A stretch of DNA of 62,554 bases, the filler included, from Sphacelaria rigidula (lineage: Eukaryota), in assembly GCA_964200075.2 (NCBI GenBank). It is 7 parts of 7 records of this genome, joined end to end, with 100 filler letters (N's around TTAATTAATTAA, not from the genome) between each part and the next. Parts side by side here need not be neighbours in the genome. Positions count along the whole stretch, not along the records: positions 35,806 to 44,656 come from CAXNAA020009941.1; positions 44,757 to 53,605 come from CAXNAA020009942.1; 5 more parts are not named here. The stretch is one strand, 5' to 3'. Below the pieces are notes generated by a model that did no database searches, was not told the origin of the DNA, and saw only the letters and a program-made list of their open reading frames with translations. Below are positions 39,023 through 50,888 of this stretch, in pieces. Numbering within the stretch: the first letter of the stretch is position 1; the number at the start of each line of letters is the position of its first letter. Made by a program: the position numbers and the translations under genes.

Positions 39023-40720
39023 TTAATTAACCCTTTTGGGACCGACTCCCGACTCACTCGGGGTTGACCATGTGTTGGTAAAACAATAAATAATAAGTCA
39101 GGGAGCGACCTGCTCAATCACGGCGAGGCGAAATTTATCGACCAGATCCGAACGACCAGCGCGGGGATTGTCACATAATTTAATGTCACTGCCAAGATCG
39201 TATAGAGGCCCTGTCCCTGGCCCAGATCAAACGCCTTCCGGTGTATGCAAAGCTCGGATGCTCGGGGAACGATTTCTTGTTTTACTTGCATTCAGTATAG
39301 CGCTCCCGTAATTTTCCGGATATGTTGGGGGGTCGCCAGCCTGTACTAAACGTAGTGATTACACCAACACATGATTGGGGGGGGTAAAGCCGGGAAAGAA
39401 CGCACACGTCACAATGTGGTCATTTTGACGAGGCACTAAACCCAGCTGTGGAAGGAGAGAAGGGGCTGTCGTCATGAGTTCCGCGTATCCCTCTCACTCT
39501 GCCGATGCCTTGAATAACACATTAAACATGTATGTAGAAAGCGGGCACGAAGAAGCGGTATATAGGCGGCTGATTGCGGTAGCGGAGAACTGCACACTGC
39601 ACTGCATCTGGGTCTTCTCTGGTTTTTTGGTTTTTTGCTAGCCTGTGACCACGGAAGGCGTCCGCATCAGATGCCTAGAAGGAGTGTACCACGCAGATAT
39701 CGGAACGGTTTCTAATGTGAAGACAACAGCAACAACAACAACAACAACAACAACATCAACAACGGCACTGTACTACTAACCCTAACCCCGATCAAGGCTT
39801 ATGAGAACCCACGGGCGCGGGGCGCGCAGAGAGTGTCCTCGGCGAAGTTTGCGTTGGCAGATCTCAAATCCGACGAAAATACGTTCTAGACGAGGTTGGA
39901 GCACTTGGGCCTGTCAGTCCTTTAAAGATCCGAATATCGGCGTTTCTTCTAAAATCGATGAACAACCATTATTTCCGACCATCGGTTCCGGTGTTTTCTA
40001 TGACGACAGCGATGTTGCTCCACAGATAGTAATTGTTCCAAACCCTCAGGAAAAAGAAAAGTTGGTCTCGAGCACTAGAAGTGTTGGCCGTCCTAATGTC
40101 CGAGTGGATCGTCTTGGTCCAAGTTACCATCTCTCATTTTTCGAGTGAAAAATGATGCCGAAACAATGCCCCACAACAATGGTCAATAACCGCAGGGTGG
40201 GTCTGTTCGTCTTGGATCCATTTTTCATACGAAAATGACAGTCCGCTACGTATGACCACACCCGTGTTCAAAGGGTCAACGACAGGACAGTGGTGAACAA
40301 CGAGCCTTTGTCAAGACAGGGTCTGAACGCGACCTTGCAGGTTTGAATACAAGTAGTCCCCAAGAGTACAACCATCAAATAAGGGTCGCTGTAACAGGTA
40401 CGCATGATGGTTGAACTCGATTTACCCTGGGTATATGTACAGATATCTTGTAAGAGAATACTGTACTGCTGTACGTGAGGACAATTGTGTTTCGCGATCT
40501 CCTCTTGATTCACAGTTCATGCACCCGTACACAAAGCTAAAGCCCCATCGGACACGGTGCGCAAAAACATAAAATACAGCTTGGACAGCAGCAGCACGAT
40601 GGAGTCGGTGAAAAAAATGACATTAGCTGTAACCTTAACACGTAAATATCACGATTCCAACCGCATTCTACGCAAATACACCTGCTCAGTCATGTTCGAG
40701 CAAACGGTAGTGAAGCTCAC

Positions 40721-41077
40721 CCCATAGATGCTAGGATCGCCTGCTGAGAGTACGTCGCATGCAGCGTGAACCGCATCCGTTGCTGTGTTCGTGTCGGGTT
40801 CAACGACTACGACCGACAGGTTGTAACCGACAATTGCGTCCATCTCCGTCGCGGTATTTCTGTTCAAGTCTTCGACCGCCAGCCGCACCATCGACCCAAT
40901 CGCTTCAGAAAACGCGGTGTATCCTTCGGCTCCGGCGTGCGCGGCGGTTGGAATGGCCATGACGGCGAAAGTATCTTGGCTCATGACGACTTGTGCACCA
41001 AGGAGTAGCCGTAATAGCAGCAGCTGGGGGTGACCGTTACACCGTCGTCTTCGCGTGCGACGTGTGCCGCTGCCCAT
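40721..41077 (-). CDS. First exon of a secreted or membrane receptor with an ANF-receptor/Venus-flytrap-like N-terminus (class C GPCR, iGluR or receptor-cyclase type)
   Basis: ATG at 41077; basic stretch plus LLLLRLLLGA signal peptide; MVRLAVEDLNRN...GYNLSVVVVEPDT...AVHAACDVL...IYG matches the AveeIN..L.g..l....D....a...ac.l..v.ai pattern; gtgag donor in phase 0. Confidence 0.7.
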
Positions 41078-41401
41078 CGTGATATATTGCGGTTGCTGCG
41101 GACTTTCCCGCAGCACTTGGCTTGACTGGTTGAGCTAAAAAATGCGGTGACTGTTGGTCAGCTGTACTGTGCTAGATACTGGCTCTGGCGCCAGGGGTAC
41201 GGCTACCCTGTGTGCTTGGCACCAGCCACCAGGCACACCATCAAAGCGTCTGACATTCCAACCATGGTTTTCACACCCTTTACACACGACCACGATAGTT
41301 GTACCAATTATCAGTTCGCTCAGACCCGTGGTCGTCGTTCAATATCACCGCAACATAACACAGCACAGCACAGCAAAGCGCACAGCAGAGCACAGTGGCG
41401 T

Positions 41402-41763
41402 TTGGTGTTCGAGCTATGATAGATTTGTCAGGATGGACTAGACGGGTGTACCTCGTGATCGCCGTGTCTTTGTACTGCGTCAAGGGGGGTGAGTGTACAC
41501 ATTTTTTATGTTCAACTTGATTCGGCTGTCAGACAACAGCACTACTTGTATGAGAGTCAGATGCTCAGAGGGAGATGGTGAAGCAGGGTACAACTCTGCA
41601 GCAGAGTACTATTCACCTAATTGGTGTTCCAGTTATGATAGGTTTGGTGGGGTGGACTAGATGGGTGTACCTCATGATCGCCGTATCTTTGTACTGCGTC
41701 AAAGGGGGTGAATGTGCACTTTTCTGTCTTCAACTTGTTTCGGCTGTCAGACAACAGCGCTAC
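41402..41763 (+). repeat. ~143-bp direct repeat pair (41402-41544 and 41621-41763)
   Basis: ttggtgttc...ggactaga.gggtgtacctc.tgatcgccgt.tctttgtactgcgtcaa...cggctgtcagacaacagc.ctac occurs twice. Confidence 0.85.
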
Positions 41764-43266
41764 GAGCTAGGCCAGCCTAGACGCGGATTTAAGCTCCCAA
41801 AGCAATATCTCATCGACACAGACGAGTTGGGCCGTGATCCGCATATCGTATTGATCGTCTAGTCAATGGGAAGGTGCCCATGTGCTCAAAAGTCTGGGCC
41901 AATTTTTCTCATTGAACAAACCCCGTGTCTAGTAATTCCTGTACCGTACGGAGATGGCGTCCGTACTAAAGTCTATATGAAACCCAAACGATCTATACAT
42001 CGGGTAATGACGATTTTTGGTGTGGACATTCCCTGGAGCATGGAGAAACGATCGATACTCTCACTTTCGCCTACAGGCTGGTTCACGGTGATCACCCAAA
42101 ATTGTGTCATCAGCAAATGCCTTCCGCAATACGCACCCAATAGTCGCATACATGGTATCATACTGACTGCAATGAAGAGACAAAGAGGGTGACATAGCCG
42201 GATTTTCGCTTAAGGCCGTAGCGGTGGCGCTATGGAAGAAAATGTGTCTCAGCCAATCAGCGCCCTTCAAACTGTTCCGAGATGTGAATTACGAACACCA
42301 AGCCCAATTTTCACCCAATCTCCACATGCTTCAAATCGTAGTAAGTGTTATCGACACGGTAATCTAACGAGAAAATCAAATTGTTAAAACAATTACTACG
42401 GGAGTCGAATTATACCCGAAACCGTGATGTTTCGGTGATGTCGGGTGTCGGCGTCGTCTAACATCCACCAATGATACGCACGGAAGACCCAGGGAGTCTC
42501 GTGACGGTGTCCCCTATATCTGTCAGAGAAAAGCTCAAATCGCCCTGAAACTGGAAAAATTGTAATCTTGACGCTCAAAATGGAAAAATTGTAATCTTGA
42601 CAAATATCATGGTTTCTCCGTTCTCTACCAGCTTCCGAGACGTCCCAGCATGAAGACCCCCGGAAGGCGGTACAGAATGCGCTAAAAGAAAAATAATGAA
42701 ATGATGCGTCCCGGGAGAGCCCAAGGAACACATGTACAAAGTTTGGTGGAGAAACTCGAAAACTTGATTCGGTTTTTATTGCCTTGACGTCAAATTAACC
42801 CCCAAAAGACGTTTCCATACTAAAACCAAGTAGTTAGGAGTTGCACGTTTCAAGCCCACGTCATCCACAGACGCGCAAACTTTCACGCTGTCATTAGGAG
42901 GTAGACACTGAAGCTTCGCATAAATATGCTATGTATTATTACGCATCTTTCTACGGACGATGTTTCTTGTACTTCTTGAATTGTTCACCGTTTTTCGGGG
43001 GTCCCACGGGATCGAAGTCGTTTTTCGAAGTAGTTTCCATTCTGGGACCCCAGAAAAACGGCACTACGCTATATTCTTCTTTTTCCCGCGAAGTATCTGC
43101 CTCCGCATAACTCAAGGATGGGTTCCACAAATTTTCGTCGCAAAAATCGATCAACTGATGCTTGAATTTCCATGTTCACGTCAAGGGAGGCCCGAAAACG
43201 CCGTTTTGGTACTAAAATCAAGTAGTTTGCGGTTTCACCACGGTACGGAAAACTTCATCGCACAAA

Positions 43267-43538
43267 GGCCAAAAACCTCACGCCGTTTCAAGGAGTTAGA
43301 CCCTGAATTTTTGCACAACTGTGCTTTGGGACATTACGCAACTTTGGAGAAACGTTTTTTTTGTTGACGTTTTACGGGGGTCCCATTGGGTCGAGGTTTC
43401 CCCTCAAGAACTGGGACCACCGAAAAACGGTGAAAAAAGGAGAAAAAAAAACGTTCCTCCAAAGGTTGCGTAATGACCCACAGAACATTCGTGCAAAATT
43501 TCAGGGTCAAACTCCTTTAAACGGCGTGAAGTTTTGCC
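43267..43538. mobile_element. Foldback/MITE with ~90-bp imperfect inverted arms
   Basis: aaaacctcacgccgtttcaaggagttagaccctgaatttttgcac...cattacgcaactttgga is mirrored by tccaaaggttgcgtaatg...gtgcaaaatttcagggtcaaactcctttaaacggcgtgaagtttt. Confidence 0.75.
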
Positions 43539-44034
43539 GATGAGTTTTTTTGGGTGATAAGCGTGAACCAGCATGTATCGCAATAGATTATACATGCCGT
43601 TTCTTGTCCAGGGTGTGAATCACACAGACGCAATGTCAAAAAAAAGAGAGGCTAACCTCCTGACTTCCGATGCCGCAGGCGATCATTTAGGCTAGTGAAG
43701 GCAGGGTCCAATGGTCCACTCGATCCGCGAGGTCAAACAGAAATGGAGCCAAATTCAGGAGCCAAGCTCACCAACCACAGCGACGAGAATCGCAGGGCTC
43801 TATCTTTGTACCTCTCGAAGGACAGCCATGTGTACGAACATACTAGGCATGATAAGAGAAAGGAAAACAAGTCAGCGGCGGCAACGCACGGTAACCCTCG
43901 AACAGCAAGCGCCATGCGATTTCCATCAACAGAACAAAGCAGGTAAGAACAACAGAAGCATTGTGAAGCAAAAAAAAAAAAAGCAAAAAAAGCGAAAATA
44001 ACGAAATCAGGAAGTGATGACGGTCATACTGTAC

Positions 44035-44139
44035 CTGAATCTGCCGCGGCGCCGTCTTGTGGGGATGCAGCTGCAACGTGTGTGCTCGAAGGTCGATGTC
44101 GTTCTCGAACACCACAAACTTCTTCTGCAAGCACTCTTC
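44035..44139 (-). CDS. Single exon resembling the C2H2 zinc-finger region of the ZNF598/Hel2 E3 ligase
   Basis: cag|EECLQKKFVVFENDIDLRAHTLQLHPHKTAPRQIQ|gt, 105 bp, phase 0/0; matches the CLxKKFVVFxxxIDLxAHxxxxH signature. Confidence 0.65.
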
Positions 44140-44563
44140 CTGCATAGTCACAAAAACAAAGAAAGCAAAAAAGGAAAAAATACATGTGAAAAAAAAATTA
44201 AAACAAATTAGAAAACGGGACCAATTTGGTGGGTGCACACCGATGTACAGTATCAAGAAAAACGCATGTAGCCTCAACAATACCTTGTGCTCATACCCGC
44301 CGCGCCCGGATTGTGTCATTGGCCATTTCGGGCGGAGCAGTGGTCTCGACTTAGATATGTACAAATCTGGGGATTTCAGACTCTGTAAAGGCGATTTAGT
44401 CCCGCGGATTGAGTCTGTCGGGCCCCAGTTCGGTGAGTAGTGTTCTTCAGCTGTAACAGGTGTTGAAAAACTGAACCTATTTTCCTATATTCTCGACATT
44501 GCCTTTCGATGTTTCACCTTTTCCCCTTCTGCTAAATCGACACCAGCCCGATTTTTTTTACGC

Positions 44564-44617
<54 letters not shown>

Positions 44618-47035
44618 CACTAATATGTCTCTTTTATATGCACACACATATATCTANNNNNNNNNNNNNNNNNNNNNNNNNNNNNNNNNNNNNNNNNNNN
44701 TTAATTAATTAANNNNNNNNNNNNNNNNNNNNNNNNNNNNNNNNNNNNNNNNNNNNCCCCCCCCCCCCCCAAGAGTGCATGGTTTGGGGAGACAAAATGT
44801 TCACGTAAATCGAAATGGAAAACGCCGAGCACAACAAGCAGCTTGGAATTCCCACGCTTGGGTTCGTTCTCGTCAATGTCCCCCATATGAGGCGCTTCAT
44901 GCAGCCTGAACGCAAACATCTGGCGCTGTATAACCATTTTTCTCGCGACACTTTTGGACTGTTTTTATTTTTATTTGGGGGGCGGGGGCTATCGTAGAAA
45001 GTGTCAAAGTAAAATGAAATATATATATATATATTCCGCAATCAAAAACAACCAAAACCGCACCCCAGGCAAATGCACTACCAAGATATGGATTAAGACA
45101 AAAGGACGAAGTTCAAGACAGCGGACTCAAACTCACTTTCGGGAAAGCGTCGACATATGGGTACCCTGGTGTGGATCGAGCTTCCTTTATCTTTCAAGAG
45201 ACAACCCTCTGTTGTGTCACCTTAGGCGTAGAGGGGTCGCCCCGTGGCTCGGGCGAAGAGATACTGAAGAGATGATCCTCGTTTTTTTGCAGAAGCGTTG
45301 CTTCCTCATTCGGCACATCAGTCTGTCGTGGTAAACACGGGATAGTATCCAGTCTGCGTAGTCCTCATTCGTGATGACCTTGAGAAGATTTTGGCCGACA
45401 CTACTTGCTTGTTGTCGTCGTGCTCCCGAGATATAGTTCGTAGACGATGGGAAATACAGTTTACAGACGATGGGTACGAATAGCTCTTGTCATCGTCCAT
45501 CTCGGTAGGTTGATAGGTTCTCACCGCACCTCTGGCTCCGCAGCAAATCTCCGAACGAGCGAATTATAAATAGAGGGCGTGGACAGGTGCAATCAACATA
45601 AAAAGCAGACAGCCTTCACGACACTACTGCAGTATATAGCCTGGAGAGACCCAGCGATCGACATGGTTCCATCGACGTTTTCAATGGTCGGGCGAATAAT
45701 GTTCCGTCTGGAAATTGCTCACTTTTGATGTGATTGATTCGTACCGTGCGAATTAAACCCTGGGCTTTGTGTTCAGTCTTGCGCGTCAGATAAACGCACC
45801 CGGGGTACGTGGAATGGCGCAAAAGGTGCGCAAAGACCTTGTTAGCAATCCGTCCTCCGTAATCGTAGATTTTGGGATTCGTACCAGCGATGACAGGTCC
45901 GTCGCTCGGGCTCTTTGAAGCAGCAACCGCACATTGCGTTCTGATCTTGTCTACCCAACGGGGGAACGAAGCACTGCAGCGTTGCAGTATTAATCTAATG
46001 TGCATGCTGTTTGCAGCCACGTCCGGGTGATCACACTATAGCACACGCACATTACTTGAGGGGGGATCTCGTGTGCTCGAATCCCAGAGGAAGCGCACAC
46101 CTTGTCTTCTGGTTCCCGTTGCCCTTATAGGAGAGAGCAAGGACTGGACAAAAAAAACGGACGAAGTCGACGGGCCGCGAGAGCGCCCTTCCAGAGCTCG
46201 ATCGTACAAGGCAAGGGGGGAGACGAGTCGATCGATCCCTGTAGACTACGGACACATCCCTAGAGCAGAAGGAGGGGTGAAAATACGATACGGAGAATCG
46301 TTATGGCATTATGGTTTATTCACCCTTCCTCCTTCTGCCAGACGGCCGTTTCGCTGTATTTTTTCAGACTGAAGCCATAATTATCTTGTTATAGACATCA
46401 CTCGGATGAATGATAGACCTGAAAGTGGCATAGTTCAAGCTTGCTTCAGTCAATGACGGCCTCGGGAGGGGAGGCGGGGGGGATGACCGACAGATACTTA
46501 TGTGGACTACGTTGTCACCGTACTAAATCCTTCTCTCCCGCGGGCCGAATACCCAAACTGCAGCTGTCTATTACCGATCTCTCAACCACTACAGAACCAG
46601 ATTGACGCCACCGCGGTCGAAACCCCAGAAGAAAAATGTGGTCACGGCGCGCACATCCGCTTCATTTTACCCGCATGGGCAAAAAACACGGTGCAAATAA
46701 AGGCAGTATCGTACAACTTCTTCATCGAATGCACGATGGACTTGAATCTCTGGAGCTTTTTACACACAAAACTCGAACGCCTCGTTGTGAACAACGCCTA
46801 CGCGATGTGCTTGCTCAGTCAGGGTCCTGGCGGGTACCATCAGGACATGAAAAATGCTGAAAACGCCGTCTACGGATGGAATACGCTTTCCCCGCAGTAA
46901 TCTTGTAGCTCGACAGCAATACCCTGCTTGTGGCACTAGACGAAGCTAGGAAACCCAGGGATACATGGTACCGTGCCGCCTTATTTCCTTTGCCGGAGAT
47001 ATGTTGAAGGCGTAGTTCCCAGATGACGTACCCAT

Positions 47036-49327
47036 CTATCCGGCCTTGTACATCATTATCGCCTTTTCTGCTAGGTAAAAATACACGAAGCACCTGTTTG
47101 TCCGGGTGCCCACGCACGACGGAGAGAATACACAAAGTAATAAGCGAATGTGTCGGGGGGGAGCGGGAGGGTGCAAATCAATCCAAATAAGAATGTATAA
47201 TAGGGGTATTCATGTAGAGTTCAGTGATTTCCCTGATATATTTTTCTTTTCAAATGCAGGCGCTACGTAGACGCCTTGAGACATACGCAGGACTACGTTT
47301 TTTCACGGGTTAATCGTGACCCGTAAAAATAATATGCGTTTGCTTCTCTGACCATAGACGAAGATTAAACTTCCGGTACAGCAGGTTAATTCCTCGCTAC
47401 GTTTATGTTAATGATGGGGAGTTCGTTTTCCAACCCTTGCTAGATACTACTCACGTAGTTTCGTGAGTAACGAACGCCCCGAAATTCCGTCCGATAATCA
47501 CGTGCCAGCTGGGGTCCCACCGTGTGTCAAAGTGCTTTTTGATCTTTTCCGCCGCTGCCAACCCTGTGGTTTCACGTCGGCGAAACGCACGACGGAGCGA
47601 ACGGCCGCCAAGGACGTCACGTGAAGCAGAGTATACCATGGCTGGGAGGGGCTGTTTCGAGGCCAATTAAATATCGCTACAACGGTAGAGAGCTGCAACG
47701 GGGGAGGGGGGGGGAGGGGCAGATTTATTTCTTGCTTGCCTTAGTCGTTTGACCATTGACCACAGATTTCTTTCGAGAAGGGGCTGGGGGGGGGGGTGTT
47801 GAAGAGTTGCAAACCACAGGCACGACGTACCTCAAGAAGCACGAGCACAGACATTACAAGCTCGGAGTGCTCTCTCTCTCTCTCGATACATTTGATGGGT
47901 TGCACAATACCAACACAGAGACACTTACCCGCATCATTTCTGAACAAGTTTTCCTCATGAATTGCGGCATATTCACAAAACTTCAAAAATTATTTCTGGG
48001 TAACTGAAAATGACAAGGTCAACTCGGAAAAGCGAGAATTTTGAACATGGGGCACAATCTTCGAAACAATATCATCGTTTTCGAAACAAGGGAGCACTCG
48101 CGTGAAGAAAGGGCCACCAGTTAGCCTAGAAACTAAAAGATGAAGGCAGGCTATGCCAAATTTGTGAAGCGTCACCTATTCATGACACGACACCGGGGGC
48201 AACGACACTGAAATCTCGAAACACCATACTCGTTTTACTCGATGCCATCACTCCCCGTATCATACCCCTTTTGGCGTGGGGGATGTGGGTGGAGTAAGTT
48301 CGAGTGCCGTTTGATGTAGAAGTAAGCCTTAATGCTGCCCCACGGTTGGGGTATTGCGAAGGCGGGAAGGATTTGGGCGACCGACAGGAACAAAATCTGA
48401 TTCAGAAGGGGGAGGAATGTTTACTATTTACCGGTAGAAACAGCAACGACATCTACTGGGTGGTTGAGGGCGAATGCTTGTTTAACCCGTTACACGTCTA
48501 ACTCCGTATGCGACAAGGAGTAGACTCGTCTCATCCTCAGGGCTTCCAGTGTCCGTGAACTGTCCCTTTCATACGAAGTGGGTATTACGCGATGGCATCA
48601 TTCCCCGCCCGTCTTCATGATGCCTGGTGCGGCGAAACCCCAGAGTACTCCGTCCCAGCTTTGCAGGGACGGACCCCCTGTGGGGTTGACGTTGATTGGC
48701 AATGACGCTGTAAAACACGCCACTCACTGCGTAAGCTAGGCAACCAGTTTATTGGGGTTTTCTACGATAACCATGATCGTAGTCGAGCTAGAGTATGTTG
48801 TGCGGGGTGGGAAGACCTCAATTCTGCACAAAGGGGATGGTCATACTAGGTATTGTTTAAATAGTGAGAGGGCCATGAGGCAGTCTTGAACCCGTGGCTG
48901 TCTCTCGAAGTGGCGATACCAGAAAATGAAGCAACTCATTGTAGACTGTCATTCAAATGCAAGATACTCAATAGGCTTCGGGCCGAACCATCTTAGCAGG
49001 ATGCAGCCCACCCTTCATGCGACTCGCCAAACACATCATGGCACTTCGCGCTTGGTGATTGATTGCGAGCCTGGTCCGGCGAAAACCCCGGTGTGCTCCG
49101 TCCCGGCTTCGTAGGGATGCGAGGTCGATGGTCATATGGCTACGACATGTAAGATCATGACTACTTCCCCTTCATGATACCGCACCTTCTGCCTCGAAAT
49201 CGCCGCACTCTTCTAACGTATTTCGGCAGGTGTTGATAGCATCCCGTAACATATCGTCTCGCATGTCCGTGGGCATCTTCACCTTTGCTCCCCACATCTG
49301 CGCCCAATCCGGCACCTCCTCACCCAT
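47036..49327 (-). CDS. Dynein light chain, LC8/DLC type 1 family, 102 aa; exons 49186-49327, 47455-47563, 47036-47093
   Basis: GT-AG joins give 309 nt: [102 protein letters not shown], with the WHxIxGxNFGxxVTHE signature. Confidence 0.95.
47722..47780 (-). mobile_element. Short LINE-A 3' end between two G-tracts in DLC intron 1
   Basis: ttgcttgccttagtcgtttgaccattgacc with G-runs at 47700-47719 and 47780-47796. Confidence 0.7.
48760..49163 (+). mobile_element. Family B copy in DLC intron 1, ending ~20 bp from the splice donor
   Basis: Collinear with 33010-33421; ends aagatcatgacta followed by cttcccc. Confidence 0.8.
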
Positions 49328-50888
49328 GGTGACGGTAGGTCAAGGATGATCAAGGTCGGGTGTCACGTTTGCAAGATACTGTCTGAGAGTATCGTTAGTT
49401 CTCCACTTTGCGCATGTCCTCCACTCGTCGTACCACGCCACCGCCACCCAGCGTCTGTATGTTGTTCACACGAAAGGCAAGGGGATAGCAAAGGCCTCGC
49501 CTACAGTTTCAACAATTTCTGTATTGGGACCTGCAACCTGTGTAGCGCCCACTACGTAGCTTGATTGACGTTTTGAGCAGGTTACAGCTACTATTCATCA
49601 ACGTCCATGAAGATGTTTCCCTACACCACACATGGTCTTGCAGGTGCGAATAATGCCCTATTGTAGTGCTCGTCATCACGCCTATCATGGTTTTGCATAG
49701 TATCCGATGAAAGTACAATATAGCTGCCAATAGTCACCCCAGGGTTGAGCGGGGGTTCTATCTACGGAGGACAAACTCTGCAACCAGTGAAGTACACCGG
49801 CGAATAGTTTCCTCAGAGCGTAACGACAACGGTGGTGAGTGTGTATGTAAATATATGCACCTTGCTCCAGGTTTAACTGTACTCATAAACTGTCTCAATG
49901 GCCGATGTTCCCAGACGAATTTTCACGAAGATTTGTTCTGCTTCCGTCGGCCCATGAAAACGTTTATGACGTGCGTTAAAGACCCCCAGGTGATTCATTT
50001 CGACCCTCTGGCAACCAATTCCCGAACAAGTGTGTTTAGGCCCGGTATAGTCTACCATCTTTATGAAGATTTGGTGAAGACTAAAGTAATCACATGGGGA
50101 CATCGCTCAACGAACAACATAGAACGGCTGAATAACAGTGTCCATGGATGGGAAAAAAAGGCAAGGAAGAGCGTGCCGCCACCCAGTTGATGGACCTATT
50201 GGATACCCGACGCACAGTGAGGAGCACACTATATTCTAGCCCACCATGCCTTTGGTATGAGCCATTTGATCTTAGCACGAAAAAAGGTTAGGCCATCACC
50301 GGCCTCGTCTTAACCTCCCAGAGGGTCGGTGAACCCACACACCAACGCATGCTGCATAACGAAATCAAAACCTACACCAGCGAGGGAAAGGATCAGCGAG
50401 CTCGCCAAGACCGGTTTGACACAGCAATGCATCCGTGTAGTAAACTCCCCTGCCCCGAGCAGCCGGTGGTGGGAATGTGCACAGCAGGTGGTGTGACGGC
50501 CATCGAAGTTTGCAATTGTTGACAGTAACTACCTGTGGCGCAGCGAAAATTCGCGTTTCCGTCCGCTGGCCGTATATGTACTGCTTGCGAAGGTGATCAC
50601 CCGGAAGGTCCTTTGCTGGGTATGTAGATGTCCATCGACCACGATCAAGCGTGATTTGGCTGCCCACTTGGTCCATTCTGGCCAGAGTGGCTAGCATATG
50701 ACAACGCCGACAGGCACTGTGACCACGACTAAGGTGTTTACTGCGGACTACATGATCCCAACTCACGTCGCTGCATAGGCATCACGGTGCCAGTCACTGC
50801 TAGCTACTAAAGGACGGTGCTCAAATTGTTTCTGTTCGGAAAAGGAAGGTTCGGCGGGGCCATACGGTGTTGCTCCTGCTCTGCTACT

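Noticed and set aside
37772-39030. CRISPR-like repeat array
   Set aside because: No constant repeat with unique spacers and no cas genes; explained by MITEs with TSDs.
44701-44937. HFDLREHFVSPNH as the upstream ZNF598 finger
   Set aside because: Lacks the Cys and a donor site; another frame (KRLIWGTL) looks more like an RTE-LINE remnant.
45221-45322. Possible minus-strand exon TDVPNEEATLLQKNEDHLFSISSPEPRGDPSTPK
   Set aside because: Splice signals are plausible but there is no homology or linked exon to assign it to a gene.
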